A stretch of DNA of 41,515 bases from an uncultured Erysipelotrichaceae bacterium (GTDB taxonomy: Bacteria; Bacillota_I; Bacilli_A; Erysipelotrichales; Erysipelotrichaceae): NCBI GenBank assembly GCA_902797775.1, contig CADBUH010000106.1, positions 1-41,515 of the forward strand, in the 5' to 3' direction. A program made the translations under genes and the position numbers. Below, piece after piece: positions 1 through 9,356 of this stretch. The notes beneath the pieces were generated by a model. It searched no databases. It was not told the origin of the DNA and saw only the letters and a list, made by a program, of their open reading frames with translations. How positions within the stretch are numbered: the first letter of the stretch is position 1; each line of letters starts with the position of its first letter.

Positions 1-82
1 CAAACCTCAAAAGATTCATATAAACACAAAAAGAAAAGGGCTAATTCCCTTAACCTAATTACTTAGGTTTTTGGACAGCCCC
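1..82. mobile_element. Possible terminal end of an IS1182-like insertion sequence (truncated by window edge)
   Basis: Ends in TTTTTGGACAGCCCC, resembling IS1182-family terminal repeats as I recall them. It is embedded in a nested inverted-repeat region (AAAAGGGCT...AGCCCCTTTT; AACCTAA...TTAGGTT). No transposase is visible in the window. Confidence 0.3.
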
Positions 83-145
83 TTTTTTTATTTCATTTTG
101 ATGCACTAAATAAGTATATATTTAAATATTTATATGGAGGCATTT

Positions 146-256
146 ATGAAAAAAATAGGTAAAGTATTGCTAGCGCTAATGTTAACACTAACAATGTTTT
201 TGACCATTGTTCCTGTATTTGCGGAAGGTGAAGGAGAGAATACATTAAAGATATAA
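146..256 (+). CDS. 36-aa small ORF that is mostly a Sec signal peptide (MKKIGKVLLALMLTLTMFLTIVPVFA-EGEGENTLKI); secreted-protein remnant or small peptide
   Basis: Translated by hand. GGAGG RBS at 136-140, ATG 146, TAA 254-256. Basic N-region, hydrophobic core and a VFA|E cleavage motif. Confidence 0.5.
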   Translation: MKKIGKVLLALMLTLTMFLTIVPVFAEGEGENTLKI

Positions 257-318
257 ATAGTAAGTATGATATAATATTTCCTACACAAAGTGTTTTTGTT
301 ATGCACTTTGGAGGAAAA

Positions 319-1263
319 ATGAACAACAACGTTAGAAAACTTACAGATGGCGCCATGATGACAGCAATTGTTGGTGTCCTATTGTTAATTAATCGGCAAT
401 TTGGAGGATTGTTTGAGGAATCTTTCCTATTCCTATTTCCTCTTCCAATGGTCTTTTATTCTGCGAAATATGGGATGAAAGATTCTTGGTTAACGTTTGT
501 TGCGATTATATTATTAACGATTGTATTAGGTACTCCACAGACTTTATTCTATGTTGCGAGTGAATCATTGATTGGTTTAATTTATGGTAGTGGTATCTAT
601 AAAGGGAGTGATACTAGAAAGTTAGTATTATTAACGATGCTAATTAGTGTAATCGCAAATATCTTTAGTACGATTATCTATGCACAATTCTTTGGTTATA
701 ACATTGTTGAAGAGATGAAAGAGATACAGAATGTACTTGTTTCAACCTTTGAAAGTCAAGGTGTAAGTATCCCTAGTACGATTAATCTTTCTAACTTTAT
801 CTTTACAGCCTTAATTGTCGCAACCATCATGACAGGTGTTATGCAAGCATTCATTACGCATGTATTAGCGCGTATCTTACTTAAGAGAATGAATTTCAAA
901 ATTGAACCTGCTACACCTGCTTGGAAATATTTCCCACCTTTATGGAGTGGATATCTAGCTTTTGCGGGTGTATGTGCGTATTTCTATTGTGCTGCACGAC
1001 CTCTACCTAATGAACTATTGAACAATGCAATGATTGGGTTAGGAATGTGTGGGGTATTATATCTTATTGTGTATGGTTATATTGCGATTATTGTTTATGC
1101 GAGATTAAATATGCCAAAATATCGTTTTTTCGCAGTATTATTCGCATTATTTCTTATAGTGAGTATGCCAATGGTGATGATTACAATCGGCTTCTTATAC
1201 ATCACTACTTCTTGGCATAAGAGAATGTTGGAGGATAAGCTTCATGCCGCAAAGACTGAATAA
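319..1263 (+). CDS. yybS: DUF2232 (YybS-like) membrane protein
   Basis: Multi-TM hydrophobic protein directly upstream of gdpP-rplI-dnaB. Start placed at ATG 319 after GGAGG. Confidence 0.8.
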   Translation: MNNNVRKLTDGAMMTAIVGVLLLINRQFGGLFEESFLFLFPLPMVFYSAKYGMKDSWLTFVAIILLTIVLGTPQTLFYVASESLIGLIYGSGIYKGSDTRKLVLLTMLISVIANIFSTIIYAQFFGYNIVEEMKEIQNVLVSTFESQGVSIPSTINLSNFIFTALIVATIMTGVMQAFITHVLARILLKRMNFKIEPATPAWKYFPPLWSGYLAFAGVCAYFYCAARPLPNELLNNAMIGLGMCGVLYLIVYGYIAIIVYARLNMPKYRFFAVLFALFLIVSMPMVMITIGFLYITTSWHKRMLEDKLHAAKTE

Positions 1264-3220
1264 AATAAAAAGGTGGATCATTATTGTATTACTCATTCAA
1301 GTAATTGCGATATTTGTATTATGGTTCACACTTAAAACAAACATTATTATCCCAATTATTATTTTAATCATTGAGGCAGTAGCACTCTTTATTCTCTTTG
1401 ATCGTTTTGATAATTACTTAGAAGAACATTTTACAAGTGTTGAACAACTTTTAAATAGTACCGCAAAAGATGCTTATCTCTTTGGGGAAATTGGAATGAT
1501 TATGTATGATGATGATCATGTGATTACCTGGATGAGTGATTTATTTGAAGAAAGAGGAATCAATCGTGTTGGTAGAAAGGTTCTTGTGTGGTTACCAGAA
1601 GCGTCTGGTTTATTAAGTGGAGAAACCGATACCATCACTGTTCAACTGGATGATAAAACCTATGAAGTATTTAAGAAAGATGATGAACCAATTTTATTAT
1701 TCAAAGATATTACAGAACTTCATAATTTAGAACTTGCGTATAAAGATGAAAAACCAGTTGTAGGTATGGCATCTTTAGATAACTATGAAGAAAGTACACA
1801 ATATGAAGATGAAGCAGTTGTATCTGCGATTAATGTGGCAGTACGTACACCTTTAACGGAATACTGTAAAGATCATAAGATTTTAGTACGTAGAGTTAAT
1901 AATTATCGTTACTTATTAATGTTGAATGAAAAAATCTTTAATGATTTAGCAGATGATCGTTTTTCGATTTTGAATACGGTTAAAAAGGCAGCTCAAAAAC
2001 AAGATGTTTCTATTACTTTATCCATGGCTTTTGCGATGGGAACTAGAAATTATCAATCCTTAGATGAAATCGTTACGAAGTTAATGGATTTAGCACAAAG
2101 TAGAGGTGGAGACCAAGTAGCTGTACAACGTGCTGGTGAAGAAGTGAAATACTTTGGTGGATCTACAGAAGCGACAGAGAAGAGATCACGTGTACGTGTA
2201 CGTGTTATGGCGAATACATTAAGAGAACTTATCTCTCGTAGTAGTAATGTGATTATTTGTGGTCATAAAGAAGCAGACTTTGACTGTATTGGTTCTGCTT
2301 TAGGTGTTTCTAGAATTGTAGAAGCGTTAGGAAAACCTGTATCAATTATCGCTAAAACAGGTGGTGTAGAAGAAAAACTAGCTCTTATTTTAGAAGAAAA
2401 TAAAGAACAACTAAAAGAAGAAGTAAACTTTATTACAGAAAATGAAGCAGTGAATCAACTTCAAGAAAATACACTTGTGATTATGGTGGATCACCATAAT
2501 ATTAAACAATCCAATGGTGCGAAAATTTTAGAAGACGCAAAGAATGTGGCGATTATTGACCATCATAGAAGAAGTACAGAAATTGGTGTTCAACCAGTCT
2601 TTGTGTATATTGAAGCAGGTGCTAGTAGTGCATGTGAACTTGTGACAGAGTTATTCCCATATATGTCACATCGCTTAGAGTTAAGTGAACTAGATGCGAA
2701 TATTATGTTAGCGGGTATGACAATTGATACAGCACGCTTCCGTAATCGTACGGGTGTAAGAACCTTTGATGCAGCTAGTGCATTACGTCGTATGGGAGCA
2801 GATCCTCTTGTGGTGGATGAATATCTAAAAGATTCTTACCATGAGTTTGAAGAAAAGAATAAGATTCTATCAATGGCGAAAGATTATCCAAACCATGTGG
2901 TTATTACACCAGTAAAAGATATGAAACTTACTAGAGCGATGTTATCACAAGTTGCGGATAACTTATTACAGATATCCGATGTTAATGCATCCTTTGTGAT
3001 AGCGGAAACAATTGAAGGAGAATACGCAATTAGTGCACGTAGTAATGGTAAAGTGAATGTTCAAGTCATCATGGAGATGATGGGTGGTGGTGGCCATATG
3101 ACAGCTGCTGCTCTACAAAGAGATAACACAACCATTGAAGCATTAGAAAAAGAATTAAAAGAAAATATTGATCAATATTTTATGGAGGTACAGCCAGATG
3201 AAAGTGATATTGAAGAGTGA
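1244..3220 (+). CDS. gdpP: Cyclic-di-AMP phosphodiesterase GdpP (2 TM, PAS, degenerate GGDEF, DHH/DHHA1)
   Basis: Two N-terminal TM helices; SRGGDQ; GHKEADFD; DHH motifs (MVDHH, IIDHH); GGGH; synteny with rplI. Confidence 0.92.
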   Translation: MPQRLNKIKRWIIIVLLIQVIAIFVLWFTLKTNIIIPIIILIIEAVALFILFDRFDNYLEEHFTSVEQLLNSTAKDAYLFGEIGMIMYDDDHVITWMSDLFEERGINRVGRKVLVWLPEASGLLSGETDTITVQLDDKTYEVFKKDDEPILLFKDITELHNLELAYKDEKPVVGMASLDNYEESTQYEDEAVVSAINVAVRTPLTEYCKDHKILVRRVNNYRYLLMLNEKIFNDLADDRFSILNTVKKAAQKQDVSITLSMAFAMGTRNYQSLDEIVTKLMDLAQSRGGDQVAVQRAGEEVKYFGGSTEATEKRSRVRVRVMANTLRELISRSSNVIICGHKEADFDCIGSALGVSRIVEALGKPVSIIAKTGGVEEKLALILEENKEQLKEEVNFITENEAVNQLQENTLVIMVDHHNIKQSNGAKILEDAKNVAIIDHHRRSTEIGVQPVFVYIEAGASSACELVTELFPYMSHRLELSELDANIMLAGMTIDTARFRNRTGVRTFDAASALRRMGADPLVVDEYLKDSYHEFEEKNKILSMAKDYPNHVVITPVKDMKLTRAMLSQVADNLLQISDVNASFVIAETIEGEYAISARSNGKVNVQVIMEMMGGGGHMTAAALQRDNTTIEALEKELKENIDQYFMEVQPDESDIEE

Positions 3221-3644
3221 TGTAAAAAAAGTTGGTAAGAAGGGTGAAATCGTAGATGTATCCGATGGATACGCACGTAATTTCTTAATCGCACGTGGTT
3301 TAGCAGTACCTTCCACGGAAAAATCATTAGAGATTCTTGCGGCAGAAAAACAAGTTGAGCAAGAAGAAGATCATCGTAAAACAGTAGAAGCGGAAGCACT
3401 TAAAAAACGCTTAGAAGAGATGACATTTGATTTCCATGTGAAATCAGGTGCAGAAGGAAGAGTGTTTGGTTCTGTATCCACAAAACAAATTGTGGAAGAA
3501 CTTATGAAGGCAGGTATCAAAGTAGATAAAAGAAAAATCTTAGATACAGCTCCAATTGTATCTTTAGGTGTCACAAAAGTTCGTGTGGATTTATATAAAG
3601 GTGTAATCGGTACAATTAATTGCCGGCTAATAGGGAGTGAGTAA
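3198..3644 (+). CDS. rplI: 50S ribosomal protein L9
   Basis: MKVILKSDVKKVGKKGEIVDVSDGYARNFL signature and the FGSV motif. ATG 3198 follows GGAGG. Confidence 0.97.
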   Translation: MKVILKSDVKKVGKKGEIVDVSDGYARNFLIARGLAVPSTEKSLEILAAEKQVEQEEDHRKTVEAEALKKRLEEMTFDFHVKSGAEGRVFGSVSTKQIVEELMKAGIKVDKRKILDTAPIVSLGVTKVRVDLYKGVIGTINCRLIGSE

Positions 3645-3647
3645 CGT

Positions 3648-5021
3648 ATGGATATGAAAGTGTTACCTTCTGTAGTAGAAGCAGAAGAAAGTTTATTAGG
3701 AACGATGATGGTTTATCCTACGGCTGCTCGTACTGCGATTGAAGCAGGTCTAGTAGAAGAGGACTTTTATAGTGATGTAAACCGTCGTATTTTCCATGAA
3801 ATGAATGAGATGTATCGTACGGGAATTGATATTGATATTACAAGTGTTATTTCACGTCTTAGAGATACAAATAACTTAGATAAAGTAGGTGGAATTGAAT
3901 ATCTTACTTCTTTATCAAAAGCAGCTGTCACAAGTGCGAACACAAGAGGTTATGTAACCCTCATTCAAGATAAAGCCATCATGCGTAGAATGATTGAAGC
4001 GTGTGAAGAGGTTGTGGAAGATGGATATGAAGGTCAACCAGATGCGAATGCATATCTTGATGAAGCAGAAGATAAAATCTTAAAGATTTCTCGTAATCGT
4101 CGTACTTCTGAATTTGAAACTTCTTCTGAAGTGTTCCGTAAAGTTGCGGATAAGATTCAAATTATGGCAGAAAGTAAATCTAGTTTAACTGGACTTGCGA
4201 GTGGATTTAGAGACTTTGACTATAAAACCCATGGTTTACAACGTGGGGATTTAATCATATTAGCTGCGAGACCTTCTATGGGTAAAACAGCCCTCGCATT
4301 AAACTTCGCCTTACAGGTTGCACAACATAACCGTAATGGAGGAGCTATCGCAATCTTCTCTTTAGAAATGCCTACAGAATCTTTAGGTTTACGTTTACTT
4401 AGCGCTAAGAGTCGTATTAATGCGAATAAATTAAAGATTGGTAAATTAACACAAGATGAAAAGAATCGTATGAATGAAACTTTAGTTGATTTACAAAAAC
4501 TTAAATTTTATATGGATGATAAGAGTAATATCACAGTCAATGAAATCTTTAGTAAGTGTCGTCGTTTAAAGAATGATCAAGGCTTAGATTTAATCGTCAT
4601 TGACTATATTCAATTAATCGCTTCTGGTGGAAAAGGACGTAATAGTTCAAGAGAACAAGAAGTATCTGAAATCTCAAGAAGTTTAAAATCATTAGCGAGA
4701 GAATTAGATGTACCGGTAATTGCCTTATCACAATTATCACGTAATGTAGAAAGTCGTGATGATAAACGTCCTCGATTAAGTGATTTACGTGAATCAGGTG
4801 CGATTGAACAAGACGCAGATATTGTTTTGATGTTGTATCGTGAATCTTACTATGATGCAAAAGCAAGAGAACTTGCAGCACAAAACAATTCAGAAGCAAT
4901 TGAGGTCAATATCGCAAAACACCGTAATGGGGATACAGGCCCATTCAACTTAGCATTTGAACCTAGTACAAATGCATTCTTGAATATCGCAAGAGAAAGA
5001 GAAGAAGAGAGGAATTCGTGA
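3648..5021 (+). CDS. dnaB: Replicative DNA helicase
   Basis: Walker A AARPSMGKT; DYIQL; LSQLSR; DLRESGAIEQDAD; KHRNG. Confidence 0.97.
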   Translation: MDMKVLPSVVEAEESLLGTMMVYPTAARTAIEAGLVEEDFYSDVNRRIFHEMNEMYRTGIDIDITSVISRLRDTNNLDKVGGIEYLTSLSKAAVTSANTRGYVTLIQDKAIMRRMIEACEEVVEDGYEGQPDANAYLDEAEDKILKISRNRRTSEFETSSEVFRKVADKIQIMAESKSSLTGLASGFRDFDYKTHGLQRGDLIILAARPSMGKTALALNFALQVAQHNRNGGAIAIFSLEMPTESLGLRLLSAKSRINANKLKIGKLTQDEKNRMNETLVDLQKLKFYMDDKSNITVNEIFSKCRRLKNDQGLDLIVIDYIQLIASGGKGRNSSREQEVSEISRSLKSLARELDVPVIALSQLSRNVESRDDKRPRLSDLRESGAIEQDADIVLMLYRESYYDAKARELAAQNNSEAIEVNIAKHRNGDTGPFNLAFEPSTNAFLNIAREREEERNS

Positions 5022-6550
5022 AAAGAGTACTAACATTATTACTCTGTTTATGTGCATCTATTTTCATTGTGGTTTTCTTACCACGTTTTGTTTATGGAAG
5101 TGAAACCGTGGAAAAAGAAAATGTACATGATGAGAATAGTCTGATTGAACAACCTATCTTAGGTTTATCTGAAACTGCACATCAAGTCACAAAGATATAC
5201 TATCGTGGAGATTTAATTGGTGTACTTAATAATCGTTCAAAATTAGATACCTTTTTAAAGAGTATGTATCAAAGTTTATACCAAGAAGATTTTCCAGATT
5301 CTTCCGTTGAATTAGATAAAGATATCTATTTAACAACCGAAGAAAGTTATTTCATCTATAAAGATGTGGATGATGAAATTATGAAATACATTGAAGAGAA
5401 TCAATTCTTTTCTTTAAAGACTACAGCAGTAGAATTCTCGGATGAAAATGGTGTATATGCACGTATATATGTAAATGATATTGCACTCTATGAAAGTGCA
5501 CTTCAAAAGTATTTAACATACTTTATTCCAGAAGAAGAACTTGCGCTCTTAAATAGTGGACAGAAAACACCAGAGTTAAAAACCTATGGTTCTCGTTCTG
5601 TTGGTTTATCCATTCTTCAAACAATTACGACATCTGAAGCATATGCTTCTGCAGATGAAATTATGCGAACGGAAGAAGAGATTCTTGATTACATTGAATA
5701 TGGGGATAATAAAAATCGTGTTTACTATACGGTACAACAGTATGATACGGTTGCTGGTGTAGGTTCCAAAAACAATGGTTTATCCGCAACGCAAGTCATG
5801 AATATTAACCGCGATAAGATTAGTAGTGTTGATCAAGTATTGAGTGAAGGGGAACAACTTTGTGTTACTTACTTTACACCAATCATTGATATTGTGGTGA
5901 ATAAAGAAAGTATGAAGAAAGAAGTAATCTATCCAAGTACAGAATATACAGAAGATGAAACGATTCGTGTAGGATCGATGAAACAGATTCAAGCTGGTGT
6001 AAATGGTAGTAAGAATACGTTATATGCAGAACGTTGGATTAATGGTGTGCTTGTGAGTGGTACTCTACAATCCAGTGTAGATACATTACAACCAGTCAAT
6101 GAAATCATTGCGGTTGGTACATTAGAGATACCAGGCGTAGGTACTGGACAATATCGTTGGCCAGTTGATAACCCTCACATCTCTTGTCCATGGGGATGCT
6201 ATTATGGTCACCAAGCAATCGATGTTCAAAATATGTATGATAAGTATGGCTTAATCTATGCAGCAGACCGTGGTGTCGTAGTTGAAAATGCATATCACTT
6301 TATTAGTGGTAACTATTTAGTCATTGACCATAATAATGGACAAAGAACGTATTATGGACATATGAATGTACCTAGTCCAATTGAAGAGGGCACAATCGTT
6401 GATAAGGGAGATGTGATTGGACAACTTGGTATGACGGGTTACGCAACAGGTCCTCATACACACTTCTATATTGAAGAAGAAAATGAGGATGGAATATATA
6501 TTAAACTTGATCCATGTAATGGATACTTAGATTGTACGGTAATTCGATGA
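5018..6550 (+). CDS. Peptidoglycan endopeptidase, M23 family, with LysM and G5 domains
   Basis: N-terminal anchor; LysM-like YTVQQYDTV; G5-like region ending EIIAVGT; M23 Zn motifs HQAID, YYGH and GPHTH. Confidence 0.85.
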   Translation: MKRVLTLLLCLCASIFIVVFLPRFVYGSETVEKENVHDENSLIEQPILGLSETAHQVTKIYYRGDLIGVLNNRSKLDTFLKSMYQSLYQEDFPDSSVELDKDIYLTTEESYFIYKDVDDEIMKYIEENQFFSLKTTAVEFSDENGVYARIYVNDIALYESALQKYLTYFIPEEELALLNSGQKTPELKTYGSRSVGLSILQTITTSEAYASADEIMRTEEEILDYIEYGDNKNRVYYTVQQYDTVAGVGSKNNGLSATQVMNINRDKISSVDQVLSEGEQLCVTYFTPIIDIVVNKESMKKEVIYPSTEYTEDETIRVGSMKQIQAGVNGSKNTLYAERWINGVLVSGTLQSSVDTLQPVNEIIAVGTLEIPGVGTGQYRWPVDNPHISCPWGCYYGHQAIDVQNMYDKYGLIYAADRGVVVENAYHFISGNYLVIDHNNGQRTYYGHMNVPSPIEEGTIVDKGDVIGQLGMTGYATGPHTHFYIEEENEDGIYIKLDPCNGYLDCTVIR

Positions 6551-7359
6551 AATATACTTTATTTGCGAGTGGTTCGAAAGGAAATGCTTGTTTAATACAA
6601 GATGAAAATTTAAATCTCTTAGTTGATTGTGGTACTACAAAGAAATATTTATTATCTTGTTTTGAAGAAATTGGTTTTGATTATCATGAACTGGATGCGG
6701 TATTGATTACACATGATCATACCGATCACATTTCACAAATTAAACTCTTTCAAGAAAAACCAATCTATTCACCTATTGAGATTAGAGATATTGAAACAAT
6801 TCAAGTAAAACAAAACCAACCCTTTCAACTGCAGCATCTAACGATTAAACCAATTGGTTTATCACATGATGCACAAAATACAACCGGATATATATTAGAA
6901 AGTTGGCAAGAGAAACTCGTATATATTACGGATACAGGATATCTTAAAGAAAGTTACTTAAAGGGTTTAAAGGATGCGGATTATATCATTTTAGAGAGTA
7001 ATCATGATGTAGAGATGTTGATGAAGACAAATCGACCTTCCTTTGTGAAAAGAAGAATTCAATCGGATTCTGGCCATTTATGTAATGAAGATTGTGCACG
7101 TATCTTAAGTAAGATCGTAACAAATAAAACAAAACAAATTGTCTTAGCACATATTAGTGAAGAAGCAAACACTAGACAAAAGGCTCTAACCATTAGTGCA
7201 GACTATCTAATGGAACAATTAAAGGGTAAAATGAATAAGGATTTAATCATTTGTGCTAGTGAACAATATCATATGATTTTAGGGGGTGACAGGAATGAAA
7301 AGGTTAATATGGGTAATTATTATCGCACTATTGGCTTGGAACAGTTGGCTAACCATTAG
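6547..7359 (+). CDS. yycJ: MBL-fold metallo-hydrolase (YycJ/WalJ-like)
   Basis: ASGSKGN, THDHTDH, ITDTG, LESNHD and LAHIS motifs. ATGA overlap with the upstream gene. Confidence 0.85.
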   Translation: MKYTLFASGSKGNACLIQDENLNLLVDCGTTKKYLLSCFEEIGFDYHELDAVLITHDHTDHISQIKLFQEKPIYSPIEIRDIETIQVKQNQPFQLQHLTIKPIGLSHDAQNTTGYILESWQEKLVYITDTGYLKESYLKGLKDADYIILESNHDVEMLMKTNRPSFVKRRIQSDSGHLCNEDCARILSKIVTNKTKQIVLAHISEEANTRQKALTISADYLMEQLKGKMNKDLIICASEQYHMILGGDRNEKVNMGNYYRTIGLEQLANH

Positions 7360-8377
7360 AACCTTACCAAGCCAACAAAATGAAATAGAAGAAGATGTTT
7401 CAAATCCTGACACAATGGTTGTGAATCATACGATTAATGGATATACAACAGATATCACAGAAACAGTTGCGAAGGTTCAATCAAGAATTGTGAGTGTTTT
7501 AGTAACGATTGAAGATCGTACATCTACTGGAAGTGGTGTCATTTATCGAGCAAATGGGAATGATTGTTATATTTTGACCTCTTATAATGTGATTCAAAAC
7601 GCAGATAAGGTAGAAGTACGTTTTGATAGTGGATTTAATATGGATGCGGAAGTAGTAGGAACCGATGAGAAAACAGATGTTGCCTTACTACTCGTACATC
7701 CAGAATTTCAAACAGAGCCAATTGTATTAGGGACTGCTGAAGTTGTTAAACAGGGAGAATACGTAATCGCATTAGGTGGAAGAAATCCTTCTACAGGTAG
7801 TGGAACGGTTGGCTTTGGAGTTGTTTCGTTTCCAGCCCAAGTATATAGAGAATATGCGGTAGAAGAAGTTGGTTGGATAGCGAGTACTTTATTCACCGAT
7901 ATCTATGCAGTAGATAGTACTTCTGGAGGACCACTTGTAAACTTAAATGGAGATATGATTGGTTTAATAACTAGACGTGCTACCACAAGTGATTCTTCTC
8001 CTCGTCTAGCGACAGCGATTTCAAGTGATGAAGTTCAAATTGTAATAGATGAATTACTTGATGGAGGAAGTGTTACACGTGGCTTTATTGGAGTCGTTGG
8101 AAGAGATGTAGAACAGATGGAACTCTATGAAAAGAGTGCTTATAACTTAATGTTAGATAACTATGATGGGGTATTAATTACACAAGTTGTAGAAGAATCG
8201 CCTGCACTTGTAGGGGGACTTCAAATAGGTGATATTATCACCCAAATCAATGATACAGAAATTCATAATTTGGCAGACTTAAGACAATTAACGTATACGA
8301 TTCAAGGTGGGGATACATTAAGTGTACAAGTGAATCGTGAAGGACGAACAGAAACAGTGAGTGTAATAGCACAATGA
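7295..8377 (+). CDS. HtrA/DegP-family trypsin-like protease domain plus PDZ; catalytic His apparently replaced
   Basis: GSGVIY, DVALL and SGGPL motifs; C-terminal PDZ (GDIITQIN). TSYNV stands in place of TNxHV. Confidence 0.85.
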   Translation: MKRLIWVIIIALLAWNSWLTIRTLPSQQNEIEEDVSNPDTMVVNHTINGYTTDITETVAKVQSRIVSVLVTIEDRTSTGSGVIYRANGNDCYILTSYNVIQNADKVEVRFDSGFNMDAEVVGTDEKTDVALLLVHPEFQTEPIVLGTAEVVKQGEYVIALGGRNPSTGSGTVGFGVVSFPAQVYREYAVEEVGWIASTLFTDIYAVDSTSGGPLVNLNGDMIGLITRRATTSDSSPRLATAISSDEVQIVIDELLDGGSVTRGFIGVVGRDVEQMELYEKSAYNLMLDNYDGVLITQVVEESPALVGGLQIGDIITQINDTEIHNLADLRQLTYTIQGGDTLSVQVNREGRTETVSVIAQ

Positions 8378-8850
8378 TTCGTATTATTGCGTGTGGAAGA
8401 ATCAAAGATCAATGGCTAAAAGAAGGAATTGCGGAATATGAAAAGCGCATGAAAGCTTTTAATAAACTTGAACTTGTTGAAGTGATTGATGAAAAAGCTC
8501 CTGAGAAGTTATCTGAAGCACAAAAGATACAAGTAATAAACCAAGAGGGCCAACGTCTACTAAAGCATATTAAAGAAGATGAGTATGTTATCTTACTTGA
8601 TTTAAAAGGGAAAGAAATGAGTTCTGAAGAACTCGCATCGAAAATAGAAACATTAGAAGTAAATGGAAAAAGTACTATTGATTTTGTGATTGGAGGTTCT
8701 TTAGGAGTAAGTGAAGACTTACGTAAAAGAAGTGACTTTCAATGGAAGTTATCAAATTGTACATTTCCACATTTACTCTGTCGATTAATTGTCCTTGAAC
8801 AAGTTTATCGAGCTTTCACAATACGAAAGAATACACCTTATCATAAATAG
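8374..8850 (+). CDS. rlmH: 23S rRNA (pseudouridine1915-N3)-methyltransferase RlmH (OrfX)
   Basis: FVIGGSLG, TFPH, LEQVYRA and C-terminal PYHK. Confidence 0.96.
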   Translation: MIRIIACGRIKDQWLKEGIAEYEKRMKAFNKLELVEVIDEKAPEKLSEAQKIQVINQEGQRLLKHIKEDEYVILLDLKGKEMSSEELASKIETLEVNGKSTIDFVIGGSLGVSEDLRKRSDFQWKLSNCTFPHLLCRLIVLEQVYRAFTIRKNTPYHK

Positions 8851-8851
8851 G
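8812..8851 (+). repeat. Direct repeat copy 1 (attL-like; 3' end of rlmH)
   Basis: GCTTTCACAATACGAAAGAATACACCTTATCATAAATAGG; 38/40 identical to 9711-9750. Confidence 0.9.
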
Positions 8852-8862
8852 TTGTATTTTTT

Positions 8863-8886
8863 TGTACATATGATATCATATGTACA
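8863..8886. promoter_or_regulatory. Perfect 24-bp palindrome, putative autoregulatory operator of the TA operon
   Basis: TGTACATATGAT|ATCATATGTACA, immediately upstream of the RBS and ATG 8898, downstream of TTGTAT (8852-8857). Confidence 0.65.
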
Positions 8887-8897
8887 GGGAGAAACAT

Positions 8898-9356
8898 ATG
8901 AATTTTAATCAAAATAAATATATTAATGAATACAATAAAAGCACCTATAAAATGTATCAATTTCGTGTGCGTAAAGATGATAAAAAAATGGTTAAGTATC
9001 TCGATAATAAAAAAGAGAGAAATAGCTATATTCTTGCGTTAATTGAGCGAGATTTGAAAACAAGAAAAGTACTAACACTTAAGAGTATTAAACTGACGAT
9101 TAAACCAATATTAAATAAATATGGCATCCATGAAATTTACTTATTTGGCTCCTATGCACGAGGTGAAGCAACCTCTCAAAGTGATATTGATATTTATTGC
9201 GAGAAGGGAAAAATTAAAACATTGATCGAGCAAGCAAAAATGATAGAGGAATTAGAAAAAGCATTAAAGAAAAAAGTAGATATTGTTTTTCAGTCTTCTA
9301 TTAAAGATGAGTTTTTTGAAAAAGAAATAATGGAGGACATGATTAAATTATGTTAG
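8898..9356 (+). CDS. MntA-like minimal nucleotidyltransferase antitoxin with an N-terminal RHH-like extension
   Basis: GSYARGEATSQSDID and KKVDIV motifs. The extra ~55 N-terminal residues show a strand-helix-helix pattern (YQFRVRK...NSYILALIERDL). ATG 8898 follows GGGAGA. Confidence 0.82.
   Translation: MNFNQNKYINEYNKSTYKMYQFRVRKDDKKMVKYLDNKKERNSYILALIERDLKTRKVLTLKSIKLTIKPILNKYGIHEIYLFGSYARGEATSQSDIDIYCEKGKIKTLIEQAKMIEELEKALKKKVDIVFQSSIKDEFFEKEIMEDMIKLC

Noticed and set aside
144-356. 70-aa minus-strand ORF
   Set aside because: Antisense to the yybS start and to the RBS-bearing sORF at 146-256; no recognisable motif.
7295-7359. 65-bp overlap of yycJ and the htrA-like gene
   Set aside because: Most simply a short C-terminal run-on of yycJ; no evidence of a functional overlap.
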